Of a stretch of 64,000 nt of DNA, positions 12,296 to 23,865 are shown piece by piece (positions within the stretch are counted from its first letter, which is position 1; every line of letters begins with the position of its first letter). Source of the DNA: Ptychomitrium polyphyllum. Lineage: Eukaryota. Made by a program: the position numbers and the translations under genes. The notes beneath the pieces are model-generated. The model saw only the letters and a list, made by a program, of their open reading frames with translations. It did no database searches and had not been told where the DNA came from. Where the stretch lies: contig OZ316775.1 of assembly GCA_973851085.1 (NCBI GenBank), positions 8,184,001-8,248,000 of the forward strand. The letters are read 5' to 3'.

Positions 12296-15200
12296 TCACT
12301 GACCTGGTTTCTGAGGATATATTTGATGAAATTTGCTTACCTTCTCGGATGCATTTGTTACATTCATTGAAGGTTCCCATGTTCGGTCATTGATGCCATA
12401 TCCTTGCCAATGTATAAGGTACTCCACACGTCCGTTCTTGATGCGTGAATCTAAGATCTCTTCCACTTCATATTCAATTTCATTATTGATTTCCAGCGGA
12501 GGAGGCGGAGGGACAATTCTCTCTGGTATATATGATTTGTTATAGGTTTCCAACAACGATACGTGGAATACTGGATGAATTTGCATGCTTGGTGGTAGTT
12601 TTAGGCGATAACTAACTGGATTTATTTGCTTGCTGATTTCAAACGGTCCAAGCCTTTGATAGTCCAACTTCTTTGATGGTCTTTTTGTCTGTATATTTTG
12701 TTGTAGGAGCCATACGCTATCTCCAACCTTGAACTTTGGATGGTCCTTCCGATGGCGATCTGCATAAGTTTTGTAACGACCTTGAGCTTGTTGTAACTGG
12801 AAGGTAATTTCTTGATGGATTTTAGCAAGTTGAATTGCAAAATCCTCTACTGCGGGACTTCTAACATGCTTCACTTGAAATGGATCTGTTCGAGGATGAT
12901 GCCCATAGTTTGCAAAGAATGGACTTTGAGTTGTTGAAGAGTGCATCGTATTGTTGTAAGCAAATTTTGCCAAAGGCAAGAGGTCCATCCAGTTGTCTTG
13001 CTGGTAGTTTATGCTACAACGAAGGTACTGCTCCAAAATTTGATTCACGCGTTCGGTTTGGCCATCAGTTTGTGGATGGTGTGCTGAAGAAAGATTGATC
13101 TTTACACGCAACAGCTGGAATAGAGCCCTCCAAAAGTTGGAAATGAATTGCGGCCCTCAATCAGATACAATATCATCTGGTAGTCCATGTATGCGGTAGA
13201 CGTGATTTAGGAACAACTTGGCAGTTTCTTCTCCCGTTACCGTCTTATTGCATGGAATGAAATGTGCCATTTTTGTAAATCGATCCACCACTACCAAAAT
13301 AGAATTCTTAGAATCGGAATTTGGAAGGTCCGTGATAAAATCCATTGATAAAGACAACCATGGGCCCTTTGGCACTAGAAGCGGATGGAGGAGACCATGA
13401 GGTTGGTGCCTTGGTACCTTGGCTCTTGCACAAGTGTCGCATGATTGAATAAAGTCCTTTACGTACTTCCACATTTGTGGCCACCAATAGTCTCTAGCAA
13501 TCAATTCCATTGTTTTATTGAATCCAAAATGTCCTGCTGCTGGAAAATCATGACGTGCTTGAAGGATCTTCAATCGCAAAGGGTCTGGAGGTAGGTACAA
13601 AAGTCCTTTATAATAAAGGAAGCCCTTATGGAATTCAAAGTCCTCATCGCTATTTGAAGGATTTTCATTGTCTTTGAGGCGCTTCTTTATATTTAAAACA
13701 AAAACGTCATTCTTTAAAGCCTTCCGAATTTCGTCAAAATGGGATGTTGTCGTAATAATGGCTGCTTTCAATTGAAGATTCTCAGGCTTCAATAAAATAG
13801 TCCTTTGTTGATTCAAAACATCATCTCCAGGTTGAGGAACTAAATAAGATCTTCTAGATAAGGCATCTGGCTTACCTTGCAAGCTACCAGATCGATAGAT
13901 AATGATAAAGTCAAATCTGGAAAGCGACATACTCCACCTTGTTTGACGGCGATTCAAAACGCGCGCACTCATAAAATACTCCAAGTTTTTGTGGTCTGTG
14001 TATATCATGATGGTATGTTGAGCTCCTTCCAATAAGTGTCGCCATTCTTCAAACGCATCCACAATTGCAAGTAGTTCTTTATCATGTATATCATAGTTGA
14101 TTTCTGCCGCTGAGAACTTCCTTGAACGAAAGGCAAGAAGGTGAAGTCTCTCGTCTTCATCATATTGTAAGAGTACTGAGCCAAGCGCAAAATTTGAGGC
14201 ATCCGCTTCCAAATAAAAAGGCTTTGATGGATTTGGATGAATTAGAATTGGAGCCGACGTGAATGACTTCTTGAGACTTTGAAATGCTTTTTCCGCCTCT
14301 TCATCCCAAATGAATTTTTGCTTCCCCGTAAGACGTGTTAATGGTGCCGCAATCTTGGAATAATTTTTGATGAATATTCTATAGAAGTTTGCAAATCCCA
14401 AGAAGCATTGAACATCTCGAATTGATCTTGGCGTACTCCACTCCGTGATAGTGCTTATTTTTTTCTTATCCATATGGATTCCTCCTTTGGAAATGATGTA
14501 GCCTAAATATTCGACCGATGATTCATGGAAAAGGCACTTCTCCAATTTGGCATATAATCCTCGCTGGCGTAGTTTTTCTAAGACCATTTGCACATGACAT
14601 TTGTGGTCTTGTTCATCCTTTGAATATATCAAAATATCATCTAAGTAGATGACTACAAAATCATCCTGATATTCATGGAAGACATCATTCATCATATGTT
14701 GAAAGACTGCGGGAGCATTAGTAAGGCCAAAAGGCATGACATTGTATTCAAACTGACCATACCTAGATCGAAAAGCTGTCTTCCATTCGTCTCCTTCTTT
14801 GATGCGTATAAGATTGTAGGCTCCTCTAAGATCAATTTTGGTGAATATCTTTGCTTGGCCAAGTTGTTGTAGGAGTCCTGAGATTAATGGTAATGGATAG
14901 CGATTCTTTTTTGTTACTTTGTTGAGGCCTAGATAGTCCACGCACATACGTAATGATCCACCTTTCTTCTTTACAAATAGAACGGGTGCTCCAGCAGGTG
15001 ATTTAGAATGTTGAATGAAACCCTTTCCAAGGTTTTCATCAATATATTCTCTCAAGGCAGCCAACTCAGTTTGTGATAAGTTATAAATAGGTCCAAAAGG
15101 TGGTTGGGCTCCTTCTTGCAACTCAATGGTACAATCGTATGGCCGATGCTTTAGTAACATGTCCGCATTCTTCTTTTCAAAAACGTCTTTATAATCTTGA

Positions 15201-15775
15201 TATTGACGAGGTATGTTTTGATTAATCTCTATTGTAGAGCTAGACATTGGCGTGGCATAAATGGCATAGATTGGTTCATCCTTTGCCGCTCTCATAAATG
15301 CCTTAGCTCCAATAAACGATGGTCCAAGATTTCTTGTACCTTGGCGTCTTTTCCTTGAGACCACACTCCGTGAGCGCCAGTCAATGTCTGGATTATGTAA
15401 TTCAAACCAAGGAAGGCCCAAAACAATAGGATTCGTTCGGCATTGAATGATGTTGAAGACAATCTTAGATGCCTGGTCTCCTAAAATAACCTCCAATGGT
15501 TGAATTTCTTCAATAACGTTGCCAGACGCAAGAGATCGTCCATCAATAACTTCAACAGATGCGGGATATTTTTTCTTCACATGCACCACGTGATGTTTGG
15601 TTGCAAAATCCTTGTCCATAAAACATGCCGTTGCACCAGTGTCTAAGAGAGCCTCGCTAATTATTTCATCATCTAACAATTTAATTTTGATAGGAAATGT
15701 AAAACAAGAGGTAGGGTTTGAAGGTAGTAAGAGACCTTGATTTGATGGTGGTTTCCTTGTGGTGTCTAATCGCAT
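12296..15775 (-). pseudogene. pol: pol (protease, RT, RNase H, integrase, chromodomain) with one in-frame TGA at 13157-13159
   Basis: Motifs LLDTGA (PR), YLDD (RT), EADAS/TDHKNL (RH), HD..AGH/C..C and SMDFITDLP (IN), GPF, and [19 protein letters not shown]...TWEP (chromodomain). The stop replaces R in the IVSDRG motif (probably CGA>TGA); ORFs 13157-15775 and 12296-13111 share a frame. Confidence 0.93.
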
Positions 15776-15780
15776 GGTCC

Positions 15781-16800
15781 CTACTGGGACTGGACAGCCT
15801 CGTTTTCCAACTCCACCATTGTGCTTTGAGCCTTAAAAGCAGATCCTTTAATTTGGCAGTCGTGCACTTTATGTCCAGACTTGCCATAATACAAGCAGAG
15901 GTTTTCTCTTCGACGCCTTTTTTTTTCTTTTGGAGTCAAGCGTCTGAACTGGGCAGCATCAATTTGCATAGGTTCTGGTCCTTGCGGTTGACTTTTGGAT
16001 ACTCTTGAAGAAGTGGTACCCATACTTTGATGTACTGGTCGCCATCCCAAGCGTTGTTCTTGGCGCCTCTCAAATAATCTGTTGTCACATGCTATTGCTT
16101 GAGTGATGAATTCGTCCAATGTTTCCACTCTTGGCATTGTGAGTAGCAAATCCTTGACATTCTCTCTTAAGCCCCATCGAAATCTTGTGACCAAGTCTTT
16201 ATCATTCCAATCAAGGTCGCAAGCTAATTGTCGAAACTCTGCAGCATATGTAGCAGCTGAGCGCTGCCCTTGTTGGAGACTCTGGATCCTTGTCTCAGCC
16301 ACCCTCTCTCGGTCGGTGTCTCCAAAAGTAGATGTCAATGCTTCCATAAAAGCATCTAAGTTGTTCAATAATGGTGACTACTTCTCCATTAGTGGTGCAA
16401 ACCATGATAGTGCATTGTTTGATAAAAGAGTGGCCACAAATCCCACTTGCGTAGTGCCATCAGGATAGCGAGATTGATGCAAACTAAGGAAGAATCTTAC
16501 TTGTTGAACAAAGCCTCTCAATTTCGATCTTGATCCATCAAACTTGTCTGGCATACTAATCTTTGGCTCTGCATGGGTTCGACGGAAACCTTCTCTTCCA
16601 ATATTGGCCTCTCGCAATCGAACAACCTCTTAATATAGGCTTTGAATATCAGCATTGGATTCTTCAGTTTGCCGAGTGTATTGCTCCAAATTGTTGGTGG
16701 TATTAAAACGGGCGAGTTCCATTCGAACTATGTTTAATAATTCTTGAAGGTCTGCAATAGTTGCAAACCTATTCTCTGATGTTCCAGGCACATTATCCAT
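15781..16800 (-). pseudogene. gag: gag with two in-frame stops (~16630 TAA, 16378 TAG)
   Basis: ATG at 16800 opens MDNVPGTSEN... Motifs PDKFDGSR, LQQGQRSAATYAAEFR, PEPMQID and a degenerate zinc knuckle CLYYGKSGHKVHDC. Confidence 0.88.
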
Positions 16801-17022
16801 TTCTTAAGACTCTCAAAGACAGAAAGAGAAGGAGTATCTTCAAAGGAGAAAATCCATGTACTTTGAAAGAAGTAATACTTGATTTTAGAAAGAGAAACCA
16901 ACTCTATGATACCAACTTAGAGGAGGGTAATCCGCAACCTCTAAAACGCTATGGAATGCTAAAGAAGATGGGTAATCCACAATCTTCTTCAAAGAACCTT
17001 AGCTCTGACAAAGATGAAAAGT

Positions 17023-17033
17023 AGTCTTGCCAA
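17023..17033 (-). promoter_or_regulatory. Primer-binding site, self-priming type rather than tRNA-Met
   Basis: Minus-strand TTGGCAAGACT, 2 nt inside the 5' LTR end, is exactly complementary to AGTCTTGCCAA at 17180-17170. Confidence 0.8.
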
Positions 17034-17035
17034 AC

Positions 17036-17681
17036 TGTTAGGGACACAAGAAACAAGAAGCAGAAACGAAGTATTTCCCAAGAATTAGCTTCCAAAGAGC
17101 TAATGATTAACAAGAACTTTGATTCAAAGACTAGAACAAGGCAGGATTCAAGATGATCCACAACTTGTATTGGCAAGACTAAGGAATACCTTGTCTTGCC
17201 TCCTATTTATACTAGGACGTTTGTATCTCCTATGATACTTCTAAAGAAGCTTCCTACAAGGCTTAAGAATGTTCTGGAAGTCTAAGGAACCTTCCCAAGA
17301 AGTTTCCTAAGATGTTGGAACCTTCCTAAGTAGCTTCCAAGGAATTGGAACCTTCTTTGGAAGCTTCCAAGGAGTTGGAACCTTCCTTGGAAGTTTCCTA
17401 AGGTAGCGGAACCTTCTTAGGAAGTTTCCTGAAGAGGTAGAACCTTCATAGGAAGTTTTCTAAGGTGATGGAAGCTTCCTAGGAAGTTTCCTAGGAAGTA
17501 ACCTAAGATGATAGAACCTTCCTAGGAAGTTTTCTAAGGTGGAGGAATTTTCCAAGGAAGCTTCCTAAAAACATAAAAAAAACTATGGAGACATCTAAAA
17601 GTATTCTAAGAAACTATTCTAGTATACTAGAAGGTTCTAGAATGTTCTAAGGACTATGTTGCATGATCTATGTCCGTGACA
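17036..17681 (-). repeat. 5' LTR (646 bp), with TATA box at 17211-17204 and an array of ~30-bp GGAAnnTTCC repeats
   Basis: Direct repeat of 11026-11641 with one extra 30-bp unit (~17341-17370). Minus-strand TATAAATA. Confidence 0.96.
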
Positions 17682-20600
17682 CATGGTCCTTATTGTGGTT
17701 GAACATCTTTGATTTTCAACTCTACAATTGTGCTCCATGCCTTGAAGGTAGATCATGTGTACTTCATATCCAAACTTATTATAGTACAAATGTAAGGTTC
17801 TTCTTTGATGCCTATTATTCTCCTCTAGAATCAAGCATCTAAATTAGGCAGCATTAATTTGCATGGATAATGGTCCTTGTGGTCGAACTTTCAATATTTT
17901 TGAAGAAATAATTCTTATGCCTTAGTATATTGGTCTCCATTCAAACATTGTTTTTAACACCTTTTAAATAATCTATCACCAAATGTTGTTGATTGAGCAA
18001 AGAATTTATCCAATGTATCAATCTTTAGCATTGTGAGTAGTAAAACCTTCATGTTCTTTCTCAAGCCCCATCAAAATTGATGAGCAAGGTGTTATCATTC
18101 TAATTGAGGTCACAAGCTAGTTGTCCAAACTCTGCAGCATATATAATAAACAAGCGTTGTCCTTGTTGTAAACTTTGGATCCTTGTTTTAGCCACCCTCT
18201 TTTTGTTGGTATTTCCAAATATAAGTATCAATGCTTCCATGAAAGCATCTAAGTTGTTTAACAATGATGAATTCTTCTCCATTAATGGTGCAAACCACAA
18301 TAGTGCATTATTTGATAGAAGAGTGGTTATAAACTCTACTTGAGTAGTATCATCAAGTTAGCAATATCAATGCAAATTGAGAAAGAATCTTATTTGTTGA
18401 ACAAAGCCTCTTAACTTTGATCTTAATTCATCAAATTTGTGTAACATATTAATCTTTGATTTTGCATGGTTTTGACATAAAACTTTTCTTCCAATATTGG
18501 CCTCTTGCAATGAAACAACTACTTGATATGGATTTTGAATATTGCCATTGGATTCTTTAACTTGCCAAATGAGTTGCTTTAAATTGTTAGTGGTGTTAAA
18601 GCAAGTAAGGTTTATTTGAATTGTGTTTAATAATTTTTAAAGGTCTACAATAGTTGGAAATCTATTGTCTAATATTCTTGGCACTTTATTCATATTAAGA
18701 TCAATAACCTTTGAAAATGATGAAAAAAAAGAAGAAGAAGGAAAAATTAAAATTAAGAACTAGCTTAGAATAGGGTAATTTGCAATCTCTAAAGATCTTT
18801 TATATTTTCAAGAAAAAAAAAGCATATACCAAGACTGTTAGAAACAATATTATCATTAATATCTTTAAAAGAAAGTAATTTGTGTTCTTTCAAAGATTAA
18901 TATTACTTTAAAAAAAGTAGCACTTGTTTTTGGAAGAAGAAATCAATTTATAGTGTCAATTTAGAAGAGGATAATCCACAACCTCCAAGATACTTTAAAA
19001 TTCTAAAATAGATGGAAAATCCACCATTTCTTTCAAAGGAACCTTAATTCTTATAAAGATAAGGGATGTCTCGCCAAATTGTTAGGATTACAAAAAACAA
19101 GAAGCAAACACCAAATGATTCCTAAAAATCAATTTTCAAAAAATTAATGAGTAACAAGAATTGATACAAAGATCAAAACAAGGGCATGACACAATATGAT
19201 CTACAGCTTGTATTAGCAAGACTACAATATATCTTGTTTTACCTCCTGTTTATATTATGACACTTGTATTTTGTAGAATACTTTTAAAGAGCTTTTTATG
19301 AAATTGAAGAATGTTTTAGAAGTCTATACAACCTTTTTAAGAGGTTCCTCAAGGTGATGGAACCTTCCTAAGAAGTTTATCAAGGATTGGAATAGAGATA
19401 GAAGCATTGAAAGTATTCAAAGAAATTACCACAATGTATCAAAAGTTTCTAAACAATTCTAAAGACTATGATGCATGATCCATGTGCGGGACAAGTTTAT
19501 GTTTGTCGGATTTGTTTAAATCCTACTTAATATATAAATGATATATATAAATATGTTTTATAAAAGAACAAATATTCAATGAATGAATAAGATTGAAATT
19601 GATTCTTTGCATTATCAATAAAGTCCTTTAATCATTTTTTTAAAATTTTGATTTATTATTCTTTTATAAATGATTTTTTTTTTAAATTTTTAAATTTTTA
19701 TACGATGAGTGCCAAACAAAAAGAAAAATTGAATGTTAAATGGGTAATAATAAGAAATAAAAAGTTTCAAAGATTAAATAAATACATTAAAAAGCTTTAT
19801 TATACTATTATTTTGGAGATATTTTTGGTGAACATGAGTATTGATTGTTTACAACACTAATTCTTCAAAGTAAAATTACAAAAGGGTATAATATCTCTAT
19901 TGTAAATATTTATTTTATTTGATTAATAAATAAAACACTATAACAATATGAAAATAACTTTATAAATTTTAAATCTTATAATTATTGGATCTTAAAAAGG
20001 ATTAAAAAAACAATGAAAAGCAATGGCTCATTAATATTAGAACTATAATAAAAAAACTATGGATGGAAATATTAAAATTGTTCAATGAATTTAATTTTCA
20101 ATATAAGATATTGAATTTATAAAATAAATTATTAATCAAATAAAATTTCAAATTCTTATTTCTTTAACATATATGGTTAAATCATTTTAAAGTGCATGCA
20201 ACTATTTTTTACCCAAATTTTCTTTATTATACTTTGAATTTTCATCAATTAAAAATTTATCAAATGCTTATATTAAATAAAATATTTTTAGAACATGGCT
20301 TGTAAAAAATACTATAAGTAAAATATACCTTATCTATATGGCATAATTCTTTTAAATTTCTCTAATAAAAATATTATTAATGTATTTTATTTAAATAAGA
20401 TAAATTATTATTACTTTTTAATGTGCACAATCGATAGGATTTTATTAGCAATAAAAAAGTTGAAATCTGAATGTGAAAGGTTCTTAGCTATTGTAAACAT
20501 TGAGATTTTATAATGAATTGGTCAATAATAAAGAAGATTAAAGTGTAATAAAATGGCAAAGATGGCCTAACATGTAGATCCTTGTAAGAAATTGAATCTG

Positions 20601-23036
20601 CATTATTGGAATTTGGAGCAAAACCTTTGGATGGACAAAATGATGATTAAGTATATTAACAAATAGTTGTTGATTTATTAATATTAAAAGATGAAATTAC
20701 AAAAAATGAAACAAAGATTTGGTATCATGCTAATAACTAGTTGAAGTGTGCAAAAATAGACTCCATTTGTTATAGTACAAACAAAATTCAAAGAAAACAA
20801 AAAAAAGTGGAAACCAAAAATCCTAAATTTTTTAAAGAGACTCAATATTAAAGATTATTTTGTAATTTGTGATAATTTTTTATAAATCCTATATTATTTT
20901 GGAAAATATCAAAAAAATAAGATATATGCAACTATTACTATGCAAATCAACTTGGAAGGCAATTAAAAGCTTTAATAATTGCAACCTTTAGCAACAAAGG
21001 CAAACAACTTTTAATATTGTATTAATACAAGCAACCACATGATAGTTATTACTTGGAAAGTCAACAAAGCCATGTCATTGCTTTCTATTGCTTGTAGCCC
21101 TATTAAATTGTCAAAGTTATTGTTTATGAAATGTTGACATATGGATGGCTAAATTCGAATTTTGTCATTATTTTTATTTATCTATTATTAATTAGTGGAT
21201 AAGCTCACCATTGTAGCTATTTTTCAATATAATGTTGTAATAACAAACGGTGGCACAAAATTCTAGAGTTTATTATTAACTAATTATTTTTAATGTTTCA
21301 TTTTTTATAAAGCTGAAATAATCTTGTCTAAAACAAAGCCTTTTACTTACAAAGCTTTAATATAAATACAATGTATGTAGTGCACAAAATGAAAGAAAAA
21401 AATGCACATGTATATCAAGTATAAAGATACAAAATACAAAAGGCATTCATATTTTATAGCATGGTTGAATTATGCAAGAGTTAAGCACAAATTCTTGCAT
21501 AGTTTGTAAAGAAAAATTCAAAAATTATATGAGCTATGTATAAAGAAGTTACATGCATAGAGGCATATTATATGAAGCATCATTATAATTCTCAAAGCTT
21601 GCTCATGTAATAGTGCCAAATATTATACCATAATAAAAGAAAAAACTACAAAAACTTGCAAGAACAACCTAAAGTTTGAAGTGGTATTGATATTTAATCT
21701 CTTATAAAGTAGCAAATGGTTTTTTTTAATCATGCATACTTTTATTTTAAATAATTTTTGAAAAATAATGTCCATTCCACATCATATATATTTGGTTTCC
21801 TTTTAAGAAATTAAAAAAAAAAATCTTATTAGAATTTTCCTTTTCATTTTTCTTCATTTGATTTTTAATAATTTGTTTCTTTTCTACCTTTCCTTTTTTA
21901 TTCTAATTTTTTGTTCATTTTTCATTTTTTGTGAATTGTGATGTGTTGTTTAAAATGAAGGCAACCAATCTATACTTGGATGGTGCAATAAGTATAAGTT
22001 CTAGGCTAGCATTGATTCATTTGAAAGTTTTAATAAAACTATTAAAGTTGATATTAAAGTTTTTAGACAATCCAAAACCATCATATCAAATTGAATAAGC
22101 CTGATGCTACATAGTTTACATAGATTGCTTCTTTAAAATGCCATCTTTGATTTTTTAAAATACAAAAGTTATTGTTTTGGACTACATTAACTCTTAAACA
22201 ATTTCCATCATTTTTGAAAAAACTTCTATTATAATATTGGCCAATAGACACTTATGATTTAAAATAACTTATATTAATCCAAATTGTTGAAATAAAGATA
22301 TGAAAAGCAAAAGAAAAAGCTACAATATATAATTACAATTATAGTAATTGAATGCGTGAACTCTTTTTTTAATAAGACCTAAAATAATTGTAGATCATAC
22401 AAAAATAGCAAATTTTTTTTGTAGATAAATGTTGATTACCTTTAAAATACAATTTAAAAAAATTCAACAATCTTTTTATTGTAGATTTCTTTTTTTATAA
22501 ATAATGAATATAAAAACTGTTTTTTTTTTAAAGACAAATGAAATGTAACATAGAGGTCAATGATTTTTTTTTTATATTTGATGATTATTAAATTTTTAAT
22601 GATTTAAAGAATTCACATTAAATTAACCAAATCAAAATAGTTAGTACAATATGAAAGACCATGTTAAATTTCATTGTCAAAAACATCAAAGCTTTGGTTG
22701 TAGTTCATTTTGTTTTAGATTCAGCAATGTTTCAGTCACCATCTCTTCAAAGAAAATAAAATTAGAGTGTTGTCAAAATTAAGTATTTCTACCTCACAAA
22801 ATACAATATTGAAGAGAAAAATTGATCATCCTTATTACATGTAATGAGATTTTGATAAGTACTTTTGAAAATTTTAAAATCTAACTTTAGAACTAGAAAC
22901 CAAAATTACCCCAAAACAACTTAACCACCTGGACAACTTCAACAAACAACGAAAGATTTTGGAGTTTAGAGGGGGACTAGACAAACCCCAACCAAAAGAA
23001 GGGCCCCAGTCCCCAAGCACTGTGACCAGTTCCCCA

Positions 23037-23045
23037 TGACGTGGC
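23037..23045 (+). promoter_or_regulatory. ACGT-core bZIP-type element TGACGTGGC upstream of the 23416 gene
   Basis: Motif match only, at the start of the GC-rich island. Further ACGT cores follow. Confidence 0.3.
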
Positions 23046-23415
23046 CAGCGGAGATTGGTTGCAGAGGCAGCCCCAAGTTTGGCGTGGTATCCCCAAAACG
23101 CTCCCCATTCCGCGTCGGCCCCTCCAAAGATGCTTTACATTCGCTACGCTCACTGTCAGCACGACCAAAGCTTCTCCTACAGTGCGAAGTCCAGAAACCG
23201 TCGTTACCTGCAGCGGGCCTTACAAGTACGTCGATTTTCCATAATGGAGGACCACTTTACCCGGCCTTCGATGCGCCCTTGCCAGAAGCTCCAAACTGTC
23301 AGTCGTACGTGGACGACGGCAGAACGTCTCGAGGTTTCCAGCTGCACCGCCGGAGGCCTCCTCTGAAGCTCAGGTGACGAGTTTTCATTCATTGCGGTTG
23401 TCGTCTGGAATTGCG

Positions 23416-23865
23416 ATGGGGAGGCGGAGGGTGTTGGTGCTGGCGCCCGCGATCACTCGAATGCAATGCATGGGCAATCCTTACAGAAGAGTCAAGGACG
23501 GTGAGGGGAATGAGATGGAGAAGGTGCCGCTAGGAGGAGGCGAGGTGGTGCGGAAGGCGAGTTTCTGGTCATCATGGCGGAGGAGGACGGGTGGGAAGAA
23601 GCGGGGCGGGAGCAGTGCTGCGACGGGAGCGCCGCGACGGCGGTGGGGGTTCAGAGTGTCGAAGCTGAGGATTAGGATGCTGTCGCCTGCGTTTTGGTTG
23701 AAAAAGTTGCGTGACTCGTACATCAACATGATGCTGGCGATTGAGCGGAACGCGCCTGTGGATTGCAGCGGCATAGTTACGTACCCGTCGTACACGGCGT
23801 ATCCACATTACCCGGGTGGAGGTGCCTGGGTTTGGCCAACTTTTCCGCCGCCTGTTGTTTTTTAA
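23416..23865 (+). CDS. Small intronless basic protein of unknown function (149 aa from ATG 23416; alternative ATGs at 23461 and 23470)
   Basis: GC-rich ORF containing Y-R-R, an R/K-rich middle and SPAFWLKKLRDSYINMML, which resembles an uncharacterised land-plant family (recalled, not searched). Confidence 0.7.
   Translation: MGRRRVLVLAPAITRMQCMGNPYRRVKDGEGNEMEKVPLGGGEVVRKASFWSSWRRRTGGKKRGGSSAATGAPRRRWGFRVSKLRIRMLSPAFWLKKLRDSYINMMLAIERNAPVDCSGIVTYPSYTAYPHYPGGGAWVWPTFPPPVVF

Larger units (their letters stand above)
11026..17681 (-). mobile_element. Young full-length Ty3/gypsy chromovirus LTR retrotransposon, 6,656 bp
   Basis: LTRs 11026-11641 and 17036-17681 are TG..CA and differ by four transitions plus a 30-bp indel (counted by eye). 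Perfect TSD CATGG at 11021-11025 and 17682-17686. Domain order gag-PR-RT-RH-IN-chromodomain. Confidence 0.97.
4793..19493 (-). mobile_element. Old, heavily decayed Ty3/gypsy chromovirus (LTRs ~4793-5235 and ~19080-19493) hosting four nested insertions
   Basis: After removing the insertions, 5236-11025 and 17687-19079 are colinear with the young element at 11026-17681 (chromodomain, IN, RT, PR, gag), with many C>T/G>A changes and an internal deletion. Both LTRs are TG..CA and resemble the young LTR. Flanks CATAA and AGTTT do not form a TSD. Confidence 0.85.

Noticed and set aside
15781..15783. Stop-codon read-through of the gag TAG
   Set aside because: A second in-frame TAG follows four codons later and pol lies in the -1 frame.
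19500..22900. AT-rich tract as a transposase or viral relic
   Set aside because: No motif, terminal repeat or TSD that I can support; a translated profile search would be needed.
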